A stretch of DNA of 64,000 nucleotides from an uncultured Verrucomicrobiae bacterium. Its GTDB lineage: Bacteria; Verrucomicrobiota; Verrucomicrobiia; Chthoniobacterales; Chthoniobacteraceae. The stretch's first letter is position 1. Every line of letters begins with the position of its first letter. The position numbers and the translations under genes were made by a program. Under the pieces are notes generated by a model. That model saw only the letters and a program-made list of their open reading frames with translations, had not been told where the DNA came from and searched no databases. Positions 9,381 through 19,720 of the stretch are shown in pieces. The stretch spans positions 192,001-256,000 of the forward strand of contig CAWIKF010000002.1 in assembly GCA_963836755.1 (NCBI GenBank), given 5' to 3'.

Positions 9381-9461
9381 AAACGTCCAAAACCTTAACC
9401 AACGCAGCTCCAATTTGCAATTGTGCGCGACAAGCCTTGCCGATTTTGCCAAAACCCGCTG

Positions 9462-10130
9462 GTGACTATTTCCGAAAAAATCGACGGCGTGACGGTCGTC
9501 AATCACCCGCTTATTCGCGTGAAACTTACGCGACTGCGCGATCGGGACACCGCCTCGGAAGAGTTCCGCCGCGAGCTCCAGGAGCTGGCGACGCTGATGG
9601 CTTTTGAGGTTGCGCGCGATTTCCAAACGGAGCCAAAGCCTGTGTTGACGCCGCTTGGCGAGTGTGGCGGCTGTGTGCTCGCGCGACCGGTCATCGTCGC
9701 GCCAATCCTGCGCGCAGGATTATCGTTTGTTGACGGAATGTTAAACGTTCTGTCGGATGCGAGCGTCGGTCACATCGGCTTGTTCCGCGATGAGGAAACG
9801 CTGCGGCCGGTGAGTTATTATTTCAAACTCCCATCGCATCTCGCGGACGCGGAAGTGCTCGTGGTCGATCCGATGCTGGCGACTGGCTGGAGCGCGACCG
9901 CCGCAATCACGCAGTTGAAAGAAAGCGGCGCGCGGCATTTGCGCTTCGTCTGCCTCGTGAGCTGTCCGGCGGGCTTGAGCCAATTGCGCGGCGCGCATCC
10001 GGACGTGCCGGTTTTCACCGCCGCGGTCGATCCAGAATTGAACGAACGCGGCTACATCGTGCCAGGGCTCGGCGACGCGGGCGACCGTTACTTCGGAACT
10101 TTTTCCAAAGTGCCTCGCGCGGATTTGTAA
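9462..10130 (+). CDS. upp: Uracil phosphoribosyltransferase
   Basis: HPLI..KLT.LRD, PILRAG, DPMLATG, GYIVPGLGDAGDR. Confidence 0.96.
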   Translation: MTISEKIDGVTVVNHPLIRVKLTRLRDRDTASEEFRRELQELATLMAFEVARDFQTEPKPVLTPLGECGGCVLARPVIVAPILRAGLSFVDGMLNVLSDASVGHIGLFRDEETLRPVSYYFKLPSHLADAEVLVVDPMLATGWSATAAITQLKESGARHLRFVCLVSCPAGLSQLRGAHPDVPVFTAAVDPELNERGYIVPGLGDAGDRYFGTFSKVPRADL

Positions 10131-11381
10131 AAATCCGCAAGCCCTGCTGCAACCGCGTCCGCGTATTCCCGGTAAAGACTTTTACGCGACACGCCATCGA
10201 CCATTTTTTCGCCGTCATAATCGCCTAGCTGCACACGCTGCCAGACACTCGGACTGTTCATCACGTAAGGCTCGATGTAGACGACAGGGCAGCTGTAGAG
10301 CCGATTCGCGAGGAGATTGCGCGCCCAGACGTAAGGGTTCTGGCCGATGCGATGTGCATTTCCATTCGTGTATTGATAGGGCGGCAGCCCGGTCGCACTG
10401 GCAAGCGCGCTGGCGATGTGTTCGGCGGCCGGCAATTCTTCGCGATCGCTGCCGTTGAGCAGCTTCACGAGCATTTCGAAACGCACGTCGTCGAACGCCA
10501 GTTCCGCTGCGCTATACGATCCGTTAACAAGGAGATGCATATGATTTTTGTCCACGAGCGTTGGCTTTTTCGGATCACCCCAGCTTTCGGCGTTAAAGTG
10601 CAGACAGAGCACGATGTCCGGCTGAAGCTGGCGATTGACGAGCCGCGCGCGCTGCCGGATTTCCGCGGTGCGATAAAAAAGCAGCTCGCTCGTCCATTGG
10701 ATCGAGCTGAATTTCAGGGGATCAGATGCACCGGCGAAAGAGTCGTGAATCTCCGGCACATCCTGCCGTTTTAAATCTGCGATCGCCGCGTCGCGCAGAT
10801 CTTTGGGCCGCAAATTCGTCACCGGCTGCGCGCTGTCGCGCACGAAGGAAACTTTCGCGCCTTGCGCGCGCAACTGCGGCGCGAGCAATCGCGCCACGAG
10901 CAACGTCATGTCGCCTTCCGTCACCGCTTTCGTGTCAGCGCCGATCTGAAACCAGCGCTCTTCCATCTTTGCCCAGCGGCCGCCGAGATGCCCGGGATCG
11001 AGTGCCACAGAAACGCCTGCAAGCGGCTTCAATGCTGGCTTGCGGGCCGATGCGGGCGTCCAATAACGAGGCGAAATTCGCGGCGTTCCAGTTGCGAAAT
11101 ACAGTTCAAAAAAGCCGGTCGATGTCTTGATGATCGCGTCGTCGGAGTTGATTTTGATGAAGTCTTTCGCAGCATCATCTGGTGCATAAACATTGTTGAG
11201 CAGGCGCGCGAATTCGTCGTGCGTGATCGTTTTTTGAAACGCTTCGAGCCGCGACCAATCGGGCGGAGTTCCGAGCGTGCTGAGATTCGCCGCCGATCGC
11301 GTGCGCGAGGGAAACAACCAGCATCGCGAAGCCGCAGGCGCATGCTGTTTTCAAAAATCTCGCGAGGCCGGATCGCTGCAT
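10088..11381 (-). CDS. N-acetylmuramoyl-L-alanine amidase (Amidase_3-like) with apparent frameshift after signal peptide
   Basis: ALDPGH, E, LCLHFNA, VYIE motifs in 10088..11317; signal-like MQRSGLARFLKTACACGFAMLVVSLAHA from 11381 is in another frame. Confidence 0.75.
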
Positions 11382-11430
11382 CAAAAAATCGAGTGCGTCG
11401 CCACCACCCTCCATTTATAAATCAGCAAAG

Positions 11431-12243
11431 ATGCTGAAGATACTTTTTCTTGGCGACATCATCGGCGAGCCGGGACGCCGCGCCGTCATTGAGACCGTGC
11501 CGGTTTGGAAGAAGGAGCGCGGCATCGATTTTGTCATCGTGAATGGCGAAAATTCCGCGGGCGGGCGCGGGATCACGCCGAAAATTTCGATCGATTTGCT
11601 GCGCGCGGGCGTCGCGGTGATCACGACCGGCGATCACATCTGGGATCAAAAAGATGTCGTCTCTTACATCGATACCGAACCGCGCCTTTTGCGCCCGATC
11701 AATTACCCGGAACGCACGCCCGGCCATGGCTCGATTGTGCTCGAAACGCCGAAGGGAAAAGTGGGCGTCATCAACGTGCAGGGCCGAACTTTCATGCAGC
11801 CGATTTTGGAAAATCCTTTCCGGATCATGGAGCTGGCTGTCGCGAAAATGCGCGAGGAAACGCCGGTCATTTTTGTCGACGTCCACGCCGAAACCACGAG
11901 TGAAAAAATCGCGATGGGCCGCTTCCTCGACGGCAAAGTCAGCGCGGTCGTCGGCACGCACACGCACACGCAGACCGCAGACGAGCGCGTGTTTCCTGAG
12001 GGCACGGCGTTTCTCTGCGATGCGGGAATGTGCGGTCCGACGGAGTCGATTTTGGGACGCGAGATTGATCCGATCGTCGCGCGCTTCATCACGAATCTGC
12101 CGGTGAATTTTCCAGTCGCGAAAGGTCCGGTGAAACTTTGCGGTGCGCTCATCGAAATTGATGAAACGACTGGGCGCGCACTTTCCATCACACGCGTCGC
12201 GGAACTTTTTGAGCCTGCGGAATACCCGGCTCCACAAAAATAA
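11431..12243 (+). CDS. YmdB/TIGR00282-family metallophosphoesterase
   Basis: GDIIGEPGR, NGENSAGG, DVHAETTSEK, GTHTH, DAGMCGP. Confidence 0.93.
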   Translation: MLKILFLGDIIGEPGRRAVIETVPVWKKERGIDFVIVNGENSAGGRGITPKISIDLLRAGVAVITTGDHIWDQKDVVSYIDTEPRLLRPINYPERTPGHGSIVLETPKGKVGVINVQGRTFMQPILENPFRIMELAVAKMREETPVIFVDVHAETTSEKIAMGRFLDGKVSAVVGTHTHTQTADERVFPEGTAFLCDAGMCGPTESILGREIDPIVARFITNLPVNFPVAKGPVKLCGALIEIDETTGRALSITRVAELFEPAEYPAPQK

Positions 12244-12260
12244 ACGGCGTCGAAATTCAG

Positions 12261-12839
12261 CTACCGCGAGTCGAGCAGCGCCCTGTTTTTCCAAAGATAG
12301 CCGGCGCCTGAAATCAAAGTTAGCGCGATCGTGATGGTGATCAAAGTCGCGCCGCCATCAAACCAGGCAGCGAGATACCACGCGGGCGCCGCCGTTTTCC
12401 AGCGCCACAGCTCTTTGAGCGAAAGGAGCGCGAGAAAGTAGATGACGGTCGCGATTTGCCAGCCGGTTTTGTGTTTGCCGAGCGCTTCCGCCGCGAGCAC
12501 GCTGCCGCGCGAGAGTGCCAGCAGCCGCAGGCCGGTGATGAGAAACTCGCGGCTGATGATGATGACGACTGCCCACGCGGGAATCGCGCCCAAAGGAACC
12601 AGGCAGATGTATGCGGCGGCCATCATGATTTTGTCGATGAGCGGATCCATCAATTTTCCAAAATCGGTGACGAGCGAATAGCGTCGCGCAACCATGCCAT
12701 CGGCATAGTCGGTCACGCCCGCGAGGACGAAAAGAAAAAGCGCAAGTGTCTTGCAATACGGAAATCCGCAGCTCAACGCGGCGACGAAAAATAGCGTCAG
12801 AAAAAATCGCGCGGCAGTAAGCCGGTTCGCCAGGTTCAT
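12261..12839 (-). CDS. pgsA: CDP-diacylglycerol--glycerol-3-phosphate 3-phosphatidyltransferase
   Basis: MNLANRLT, TDYADG.VARR..FGKLMDPLIDK, REFLITGLR. Confidence 0.92.
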   Translation of the reverse strand: MNLANRLTAARFFLTLFFVAALSCGFPYCKTLALFLFVLAGVTDYADGMVARRYSLVTDFGKLMDPLIDKIMMAAAYICLVPLGAIPAWAVVIIISREFLITGLRLLALSRGSVLAAEALGKHKTGWQIATVIYFLALLSLKELWRWKTAAPAWYLAAWFDGGATLITITIALTLISGAGYLWKNRALLDSR

Positions 12840-13037
12840 CGATGAGACTTTTACGCGCCGAAGATTCGAATTTTGGGAAAAAGAGACAACATGCAGCGCG
12901 GGGAATTGCGACCTAAGATTCGGAGCGAAAGTTCGGCGCGAGCGCCGCTTCCGGGGAAAACACGTTTGCCACAGCTTTAAGTTCCAGATAGCGTCGGTTC
13001 CCTCAATTCCCAAATCCAAAAACTCAATTTTATTCCA

Positions 13038-14450
13038 ATGAAACAATGCGACATCGGTTTGATCGGGCTCGCCGTAATGGGCGAAAATCTCGTGCTCAAC
13101 ATGGAAAGCAAAGGCTTTTCCGTCGCCGTTTATAACCGCACTACGGCCGTCACGGAAAAATTTGCGGCCGAGCGTGCGAAGGGCAAAAACATTGTGGCGA
13201 CGAAAACGATGGATGAATTCGTCGGCGCGCTTTCACACCCGCGCAAGGCGATGATCATGGTCAAGGCGGGCGCGCCCGTCGATGCGGTGATCGACCAGCT
13301 CGTGCCGCTTTTGGAAAAAGGCGACGTCATCATCGATGGCGGCAATTCGCTTTTCACCGACACGCAGCGCCGCTGCAAAGAGCTCGAGGCGAAAGGAATT
13401 CACTTCGTCGGCTGCGGCGTTTCCGGCGGCGAGGAGGGCGCGCTCAAAGGTCCGTCGATGATGCCCGGCGGCTCGCGCGAATCGTGGGAAATCGTCGCGC
13501 CGATTTTTACAAAAATCGCCGCGCAGGTCGACGGCGTTGCGTGCTGCAAATACATGGGCGCCGATGGCGCGGGCCATTACGTGAAGATGGTGCACAACGG
13601 CATCGAATATGGCGACATGCAGCTCATCTGCGAAGCCTACGCGATTTTGAAAGATTTGCTCGGCCTCGAAGCGAAGGAGCTCGCAGAGATTTTTACCGAG
13701 TGGAATGCCGGCGAACTCAACAGCTACCTCATCGAAATTACGTCGCAAATTTTCAAGAAGATCGATCCCGACACGGGAAAACCACTCGTGGACGTGATCC
13801 TCGACAAGGCCGGTCAAAAAGGAACCGGCATTTGGACGCTGCAATCGGCAATTAAACAAGCTGTTGTCATCTCGACGATCAACGCCGCCGTGGAAGCGCG
13901 TGTGATTTCCTCGCGAAAAAAAGATCGCGTCGAAGCGGCGAAAATCCTTCCAAAGCCTGCTGCCAAGCCATATGACGGGGATCGATCGAAATTGATCGAC
14001 GCCGTGCGCGATGCGCTTTACGCGTCAAAAATCGTGAGCTACGCGCAAGGAATGGAACTGCTCGCCGCAGCGAGCGTCGAGTCGGCGTGGGACCTGCACT
14101 TTGGCGACATCGCCACGATCTGGCGCGGGGGCTGCATCATCCGCGCGCAGTTTTTGAATCGCATCAAGGAGGCTTACGAACGCAATCCGCAGCTCAACAA
14201 TTTGCTGCTCGATCCGTTCTTCAAGGAAATCATCGAGAAGACGCAAGCCAACTGGCGCTTCGCCGTGGCGCAGGCCGTTGAGTCCGGGATCGCGGTCCCC
14301 GCCTTTAGCGCATCACTCGCGTATTTCGACAGCTACCGACAGGCGCGTCTGCCGTCAAATTTGTTGCAGGCGCAACGCGATTTCTTCGGCGCGCACACCT
14401 ACGAGCGCGTAGACAAGCCGGGCGTTTTCCACACCGAGTGGCTGCAATAG
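13038..14450 (+). CDS. gnd: NADP-dependent 6-phosphogluconate dehydrogenase
   Basis: [44 protein letters not shown]. Confidence 0.97.
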   Translation: MKQCDIGLIGLAVMGENLVLNMESKGFSVAVYNRTTAVTEKFAAERAKGKNIVATKTMDEFVGALSHPRKAMIMVKAGAPVDAVIDQLVPLLEKGDVIIDGGNSLFTDTQRRCKELEAKGIHFVGCGVSGGEEGALKGPSMMPGGSRESWEIVAPIFTKIAAQVDGVACCKYMGADGAGHYVKMVHNGIEYGDMQLICEAYAILKDLLGLEAKELAEIFTEWNAGELNSYLIEITSQIFKKIDPDTGKPLVDVILDKAGQKGTGIWTLQSAIKQAVVISTINAAVEARVISSRKKDRVEAAKILPKPAAKPYDGDRSKLIDAVRDALYASKIVSYAQGMELLAAASVESAWDLHFGDIATIWRGGCIIRAQFLNRIKEAYERNPQLNNLLLDPFFKEIIEKTQANWRFAVAQAVESGIAVPAFSASLAYFDSYRQARLPSNLLQAQRDFFGAHTYERVDKPGVFHTEWLQ

Positions 14451-14478
14451 CCACGCGCTAAAACGGACAACTTCCGAG

Positions 14479-14610
14479 CTAATAGGCTTGGATCGTCCGG
14501 CTCTCGGTCGTCGTCGTGGTCGTCTGCGCGGGCTGCGGTTCATCGTGGGCACAGCCGGTGCACCAAACCAACGCCGCCGCGGACAAACTGAGGATGAGGA
14601 TTCTTTTCAT
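14479..14610 (-). CDS. 43-aa small lipoprotein with Thr run
   Basis: MKRILILSLSAAALVWCTGC lipobox-like; GAGG upstream. Confidence 0.7.
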   Translation of the reverse strand: MKRILILSLSAAALVWCTGCAHDEPQPAQTTTTTTESRTIQAY

Positions 14611-14704
14611 AGTCTTCCTCTTTCGCGGTGGCGCGGCGAATTGAGTGTATGACGCGTGGCAGGCAGGCAGTTTGAACAAACGCATGCGCATGTTAAATGT
14701 GGTG

Positions 14705-16555
14705 ATGCGAAAAATTCTCCTACTGCTGGCGGCGCTTTTGTTTTTCGGCAGAGCAGGAGAATCGCAGATCTACGAAGGGCGCGAGCTCGTCCGTGCGTCG
14801 CTCATCGCAGATGTGGACGCCATTGTGCCCGGCAAAAAATTCACCGTCGGGCTGCTGCTCAAAATGGAGCCGGACTGGCACACTTATTGGCAATATCCCG
14901 GGGACGCGGGCATGCCCACGCGCATCGATTGGGATCTGCCACCGGGCTTTCGTGCTGACGCGATCCAATGGCCGCTGCCGGAAAAGGTCGTCGAGCCCGG
15001 CGATCTCTGGACCTACGCGTATCGCGACGAAGTCTTGCTGCTCGTCGAGATCATGCCGCCGTCAAAAGTCCCCCAGAAAACAGTCACGCTCAAGGCGCAC
15101 GCTCACTGGCTCGTATGCGACAAAATCTGCGTCCCAGGCGATGCGGAGCTTTCGGTGCCACTGGCCGCCGCACCTGTAAACAAACCGGCTCACGAGGAAT
15201 TGTTTGCAAAGTATCGCCAACAAATCCCGCGAGTCGGCGCACCGTTCCAGTGGCACTGGGAAACGAAATCCGGCCAGGCGTTGCTCACGATTCACGGTGC
15301 GCAGCTAACTGATTTCTTTCCGCTGCCGCCGACACGCGCGACGGCTGATCACCCGAAAATGGCGACGGCCGGCGATGCGACCGTGATCACCATTCCCTTC
15401 AGCGCCGGCGCGCCAGATCAACTTTCCGGCGTGGCGGTCGTGGATGAGAACGGCGTGCACACCGGCTGGTTCATCGCTTCACAAACCTCAGCACCAGCCT
15501 CGGATCAATCAGTTAACGCTCCGTCAGCTTTTGGCAACACTTGGAAATTTTTGTTTTTCGGATTTATCGGCGGAGTAATTCTCAACGTGATGCCGTGCGT
15601 GCTGCCGGTGATCGCGTTGAAGATGTTTGGCTTCATCAAACAGGCCGGTGAATCGCACGCCAAAATTTTTCGGCTTGGTCTCGCATTTGTCGCCGGCATC
15701 TTTGTCTGGTTTCTGGCTCTGGCCGCCTTGATCGTCGGCTTTAAATCGGCGGGCCATGAACTGAACTGGGCCTTTCAATTTCAGCATCCGGCGTTTCTCG
15801 CCGGCATGGCCGTCATCATTTTTATTTTTGCGCTCAATCTGCTCGGCGTTTTTGAAATCGTGCTGCCGGGCACGACGCAGACTCACATCGCCGATCTTTC
15901 GGGACGCGAAGGCTACGGCGGTGCGTTTTTGCACGGCGTATTCGCGACACTCATGGCAACGCCTTGCACTGCACCATTCCTCGGCCCGGCTCTGGGTTTC
16001 GCGCTGGCGCAACCGCCGGCGATTGTGTTCGCCATGTTTGCAGCGATCGCGGCCGGCATGAGCGCGCCGTATTTCGTGCTGGCCATCAATCCGGGCTGGC
16101 TTAGTTTTTTGCCGAAGCCAGGCATGTGGATGGTGCGGGTGAAACAGACGATGGGAGTGCTGCTGCTGGGCACGGTCGCGTGGCTCGGGTGGGTGCTTTA
16201 CCAGCAGCATCAAATGAGGCATGAACCCTTCGCCCCCATTCTCGAAGCGGCTTTGAAAAAGGGTCGGCCGGTCTTTGTTGATTTCACCGCGGACTGGTGC
16301 GTGAACTGCAAAGTCAATGAACGGCTCGTCCTCAAGAGCGATCCGGTGCAGCGAGCGTTCCGCGACAACGACGTAATTTTTCTTCAGGCCGATTGGTCAA
16401 CGGGTGCGACGGACATCACCACGCTGCTAAAACATTTTGGTCGGGCCGGCGTGCCGCTCTACGTGCTTTATCCGGCTCACGGCGAGCCGATTGTGCTGCC
16501 GGAGGTGATCACCCAGCAAATCGTTCTGGACGCTCTGCAGGGCGCCGGAACGTAG
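14705..16555 (+). CDS. dsbD: DsbD-family thiol:disulfide interchange protein
   Basis: WHTYW.YPGDAG, VCDKIC, LNVMPCVLP, ATPCTAP, TADWCVNC. Confidence 0.9.
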   Translation: MRKILLLLAALLFFGRAGESQIYEGRELVRASLIADVDAIVPGKKFTVGLLLKMEPDWHTYWQYPGDAGMPTRIDWDLPPGFRADAIQWPLPEKVVEPGDLWTYAYRDEVLLLVEIMPPSKVPQKTVTLKAHAHWLVCDKICVPGDAELSVPLAAAPVNKPAHEELFAKYRQQIPRVGAPFQWHWETKSGQALLTIHGAQLTDFFPLPPTRATADHPKMATAGDATVITIPFSAGAPDQLSGVAVVDENGVHTGWFIASQTSAPASDQSVNAPSAFGNTWKFLFFGFIGGVILNVMPCVLPVIALKMFGFIKQAGESHAKIFRLGLAFVAGIFVWFLALAALIVGFKSAGHELNWAFQFQHPAFLAGMAVIIFIFALNLLGVFEIVLPGTTQTHIADLSGREGYGGAFLHGVFATLMATPCTAPFLGPALGFALAQPPAIVFAMFAAIAAGMSAPYFVLAINPGWLSFLPKPGMWMVRVKQTMGVLLLGTVAWLGWVLYQQHQMRHEPFAPILEAALKKGRPVFVDFTADWCVNCKVNERLVLKSDPVQRAFRDNDVIFLQADWSTGATDITTLLKHFGRAGVPLYVLYPAHGEPIVLPEVITQQIVLDALQGAGT

Positions 16556-16566
16556 CGAACAAAAAA

Positions 16567-16640
16567 TCGGGGCGACAGGATTCGAACCTGCGACCTCGTG
16601 GTCCCAAACCACGCGCTCTACCAAGCTAAGCTACGCCCCG
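16567..16640 (-). tRNA. tRNA-Pro(TGG)
   Basis: CGGGGCGTAGCTTAGCTTGGTAGAGCGCGTGGTT-TGG-GACCACGAGGTCGCAGGTTCGAATCCTGTCGCCCCGA; no encoded CCA. Confidence 0.97.
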
Positions 16641-16748
16641 AATTACACTCGCGTTCTCCTGCACGCGGGTGGCTACTAACGCGGTTGTGGAGCGTCCTGG
16701 CAAGTTCAAACGGCGAGCGACCGCGGCACGCGCATGTCGATTTTTCAG

Positions 16749-16764
16749 CGGCATGTTATTTGCT
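16749..16764 (+). promoter_or_regulatory. sigma54 -24/-12 promoter candidate
   Basis: CGGCAT-GTTAT-TTGCT; ATG 13 nt later. Confidence 0.6.
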
Positions 16765-16776
16765 CCGTTTGGCATT

Positions 16777-16941
16777 ATGAAATTATTCCGGCCTCTTCGC
16801 CGCCAAAGTTCGCGTAAGCCCTTCCGCTACGAGATCGTTTCTTGCGTGACGGCCACTGGCAAAAAAGTTCCCGCTATGTGGACCGGATACAACTGGTGGT
16901 CGGAGAGCGGCGAAATTGTCCCGGCGAATTGGCATCGGTAG
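16777..16941 (+). CDS. 54-aa hypothetical microprotein
   Basis: MKLFRPLRRQSSRKPFRYEIVSCVTATGKKVPAMWTGYNWWSESGEIVPANWHR; directly after sigma54-like promoter. Confidence 0.55.
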   Translation: MKLFRPLRRQSSRKPFRYEIVSCVTATGKKVPAMWTGYNWWSESGEIVPANWHR

Positions 16942-17038
16942 ACTTCGCTAAGAGGTGGGAAGACTTAACAGCGGTTTTACTTTCGCTGATTTTCCTTGTC
17001 ATTGGAGTGGGCTCATGTAAACCCGTTCGATTAGGTTT

Positions 17039-17740
17039 ATGCGGCAAAATGTTTCTCCCGGGAATGGCACGTTAACGAGGCGGATATTGATCGTGGATGA
17101 TCATCCAATCTTTCGCAAAGGCATGATACAACTCATTGAAAACGAGAAGGATATGGCGGTCTGTGCCGAGGCTGAAACTGCTACGCAGGCTCTCGCAGCG
17201 ATTGTCGAGTTTAAGCCGAACATGGTGATTTTGGATGTCAACCTAAAAGGACCGAACGGGATCGACTTGATGAAATCCATCAAAAAGTCAGTCCCTGATT
17301 TGCCTGTGCTTGTGCTTTCCATGCACGACGAAGCTTTATTTGCCGAAAGGTCCTTCCGCGCAGGCGCCCGTGGATATGTGATGAAGCAGGAAGCTTCGGA
17401 GGAGGTTCTATGTGCGATTCGTAAAGTGCTTGCGGGTGAATTTTACGCGAGTCGTTCGATGAATCTCGAAGTCATTCTGCGATGCGCAAAGGGAGATGCG
17501 GGGTCGGAGTCTTCACCTGTCGATAAGCTAAGCGATCGGCAACTCGAAGTGATGCAGTTGATCGGGCGCGGACACGGCACCCGGCAGATTGCGCAGGCGT
17601 TGAGTTTAAGCGTGAAGACGATTGAAAGCCATCGCGCCAACATCAAAGAAAAGCTCCATATCAAGACGGCTCCAGAAATGACGCGGTTTGCGGTGGAATG
17701 GGTGACTCAGTCCTTTTACAGCAGCAGGGATTCAGGATAA
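17039..17740 (+). CDS. NarL/LuxR-family response regulator (orphan)
   Basis: ILIVDDHP, ILDVNL, GARGYVMK, LSDRQLEV..IAQALSLSVKTIESHRANI. Confidence 0.95.
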   Translation: MRQNVSPGNGTLTRRILIVDDHPIFRKGMIQLIENEKDMAVCAEAETATQALAAIVEFKPNMVILDVNLKGPNGIDLMKSIKKSVPDLPVLVLSMHDEALFAERSFRAGARGYVMKQEASEEVLCAIRKVLAGEFYASRSMNLEVILRCAKGDAGSESSPVDKLSDRQLEVMQLIGRGHGTRQIAQALSLSVKTIESHRANIKEKLHIKTAPEMTRFAVEWVTQSFYSSRDSG

Positions 17741-17748
17741 GCCAGCGG

Positions 17749-17764
17749 TGGCACAAGGTTTGCT
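17749..17764 (+). promoter_or_regulatory. sigma54 -24/-12 promoter
   Basis: TGGCAC-AAGGT-TTGCT, full match to TGGCAC-N5-TTGCW, intergenic. Confidence 0.75.
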
Positions 17765-17776
17765 ATGGAAGCGAAT

Positions 17777-17842
17777 ATGAGCTTGATCATTCCTCGACGA
17801 CGTTTGGACCATTTCCCTCTCCCAATTCCCGTTCGCAGATAA
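17777..17842 (+). CDS. 21-aa Pro/Arg-rich micropeptide candidate
   Basis: MSLIIPRRRLDHFPLPIPVRR; ATG at the predicted sigma54 +1 region. Confidence 0.4.
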   Translation: MSLIIPRRRLDHFPLPIPVRR

Positions 17843-17863
17843 GCCAGCGACCTGTCTGACGCG

Positions 17864-19720
17864 CTAGCCCTTTCTGCTCGTCGCAATCTGTAGAATGGCA
17901 ATGTCTGCTGGAGTTATGCCGCTAATGCGTGCGGCTTGTCCAAGCGTCGACGGACGGATCATTGAAAACTTTTGCCGAGCCTCGCTGCGGAGACCTTCCA
18001 CGGTGCAGTAATCCAGCTCCGGCGGAAGCGTTCGTGTTTCCAGCGCCTGAGCTTTTTTGATCGCGTCATTTTGACGAACCACATACCCAGCATATTTTTG
18101 TTCCAGTTCTAAATGTTCCCAGCTCGCAGAGCTGAATCCACGCAACACATTCTCCGGCAGAGCTTTCCAGCAATTTTCAGGGCGCTTAAGCCACTGATGC
18201 AGTTCAATGTTGTCGTGCCGAACCCTCCTCGTCTCTGAAGCGATTCGTTCGACCTCGTCTTTTCGCTGACTGAATTTTCTCCAGCGCCGGTCCGTTACCA
18301 ATCCAACTTTGTGTCCCAACGGCGTCAACCTCAGGTCGGCGGTGTCCTGTCGCAAAAGAATGCGATGCTCTGCGCGGCTCGTGAACATACGATACGGCTC
18401 CGTGGTTCCTTTGGTGACCAAGTCGTCCACCATAACGCCGATATAGGCTTCAGTCCGAGACAGTTGGATTGGAGGCTCGTTGCGGACCTTGAGAGCAGCG
18501 TTTGCCCCAGCTATAAGTCCTTGAGCCGCAGCCTCTTCATACCCGGAAGTGCCATTAATTTGCCCGGCGAAGAAGAGAGACTCGATGCGTTTGGTTTCCA
18601 GAGTGGAAGAAAGTTGCGTTGGCGGGCAAAAGTCATATTCCACTGCATAGCCGGGGCGTATGATCTCCGCACTTTCCAAGCCATTGATAGTGCGGATAAA
18701 CTCGTATTGAACCTCATGAGGCAAACTTGTGGAAACGCCGTTCACATAAAACTCGTCAGTATGACGTCCTTCCGGCTCCAGAAAAATCTGGTGCTGACTT
18801 TTCTCGGAAAATTTCACCACCTTGTCTTCTATTGAAGGGCAATATCGCGGGCCAACCCCCTCGATTCGTCCGCAATAAAGCGGAGATTTGCCGAGATTAT
18901 TGCGAATAATGTCATGCGTGTGCGCGCATGTATGGGTAATCCAACAAGGAAGTTGTTCCACATGGAACCTTCCATCTCTATAGCTGTTTAGCGTAAAAAT
19001 GTCATCAGGTTGCCGCTCCAGCAGTTCGGGGACAAAAGTGAAAAGCGGTGGCGGGTCATCTCCGGTTTGCCGCTCGCACTTGGAAAAGTCGATTGAGCGG
19101 CCGGAGATTCTGCAGGGAGTGCCGGTTTTGAACCGATCGGTCTCGAATCCAAATTGACGGAGGCTGTCGCTCAACGTCGAAGCAACGTCCCCCATCCGTC
19201 CCCCTTTTCTGCTCTCGAGGCCGACGTGCAGCAGCCCTCTCATAAATGTTCCCGTGGTGATAACTACCGCTAAGGATTGGTAGCGCGCTCCGAGGTCTGT
19301 CTCCACTCCGCACGCCCTTCCATTGGATTCCAAGATCCGGGTGGCGTTCCCTTGTTGTAAGGACAACTTCGGTTGCCGTTCGCACTCGGCTTTGGCGCGA
19401 AACTGATAGGCCTTCTTATCGCACTGTGCGCGAGGCGCGCGAACGCTCGGCCCCTTGCTCATATTCAACATGCGACACTGGATGGCGGTGGCGTCCGCGT
19501 TCACTCCCATAAAGCCGCCCAGTGCATCGATTTCGCGCACAATGTGCCCTTTGGCCAACCCGCCGATGGCTGGATTACAAGACATTTGTCCAATCGTGTC
19601 CGCGTTTTGCGTCAACATTAAGGTTTCACACCCCAGACGCGCGGACGCTAAAGCGGCTTCGATCCCTGCGTGACCCGCTCCAATGACGATGACATCGAAC
19701 CTCTGTGGATACTCAAACAT
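17864..19720 (-). CDS. mnmG: tRNA uridine-5-carboxymethylaminomethyl modification enzyme MnmG (GidA)
   Basis: GAGHAG, MSCNPAIGG, FKTGTP, GPRYCPSIEDK, AGQINGTSGYEEAAAQG, EPYRMFTSRAE. Confidence 0.97.
   Translation of the reverse strand: MFEYPQRFDVIVIGAGHAGIEAALASARLGCETLMLTQNADTIGQMSCNPAIGGLAKGHIVREIDALGGFMGVNADATAIQCRMLNMSKGPSVRAPRAQCDKKAYQFRAKAECERQPKLSLQQGNATRILESNGRACGVETDLGARYQSLAVVITTGTFMRGLLHVGLESRKGGRMGDVASTLSDSLRQFGFETDRFKTGTPCRISGRSIDFSKCERQTGDDPPPLFTFVPELLERQPDDIFTLNSYRDGRFHVEQLPCWITHTCAHTHDIIRNNLGKSPLYCGRIEGVGPRYCPSIEDKVVKFSEKSQHQIFLEPEGRHTDEFYVNGVSTSLPHEVQYEFIRTINGLESAEIIRPGYAVEYDFCPPTQLSSTLETKRIESLFFAGQINGTSGYEEAAAQGLIAGANAALKVRNEPPIQLSRTEAYIGVMVDDLVTKGTTEPYRMFTSRAEHRILLRQDTADLRLTPLGHKVGLVTDRRWRKFSQRKDEVERIASETRRVRHDNIELHQWLKRPENCWKALPENVLRGFSSASWEHLELEQKYAGYVVRQNDAIKKAQALETRTLPPELDYCTVEGLRSEARQKFSMIRPSTLGQAARISGITPADIAILQIATSRKG
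18954..18969. promoter_or_regulatory. parS-like site inside mnmG
   Basis: TGTTCCACATGGAACC; 14/16 to TGTTNCACGTGNAACA; translates as FHVEQ. Confidence 0.7.
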
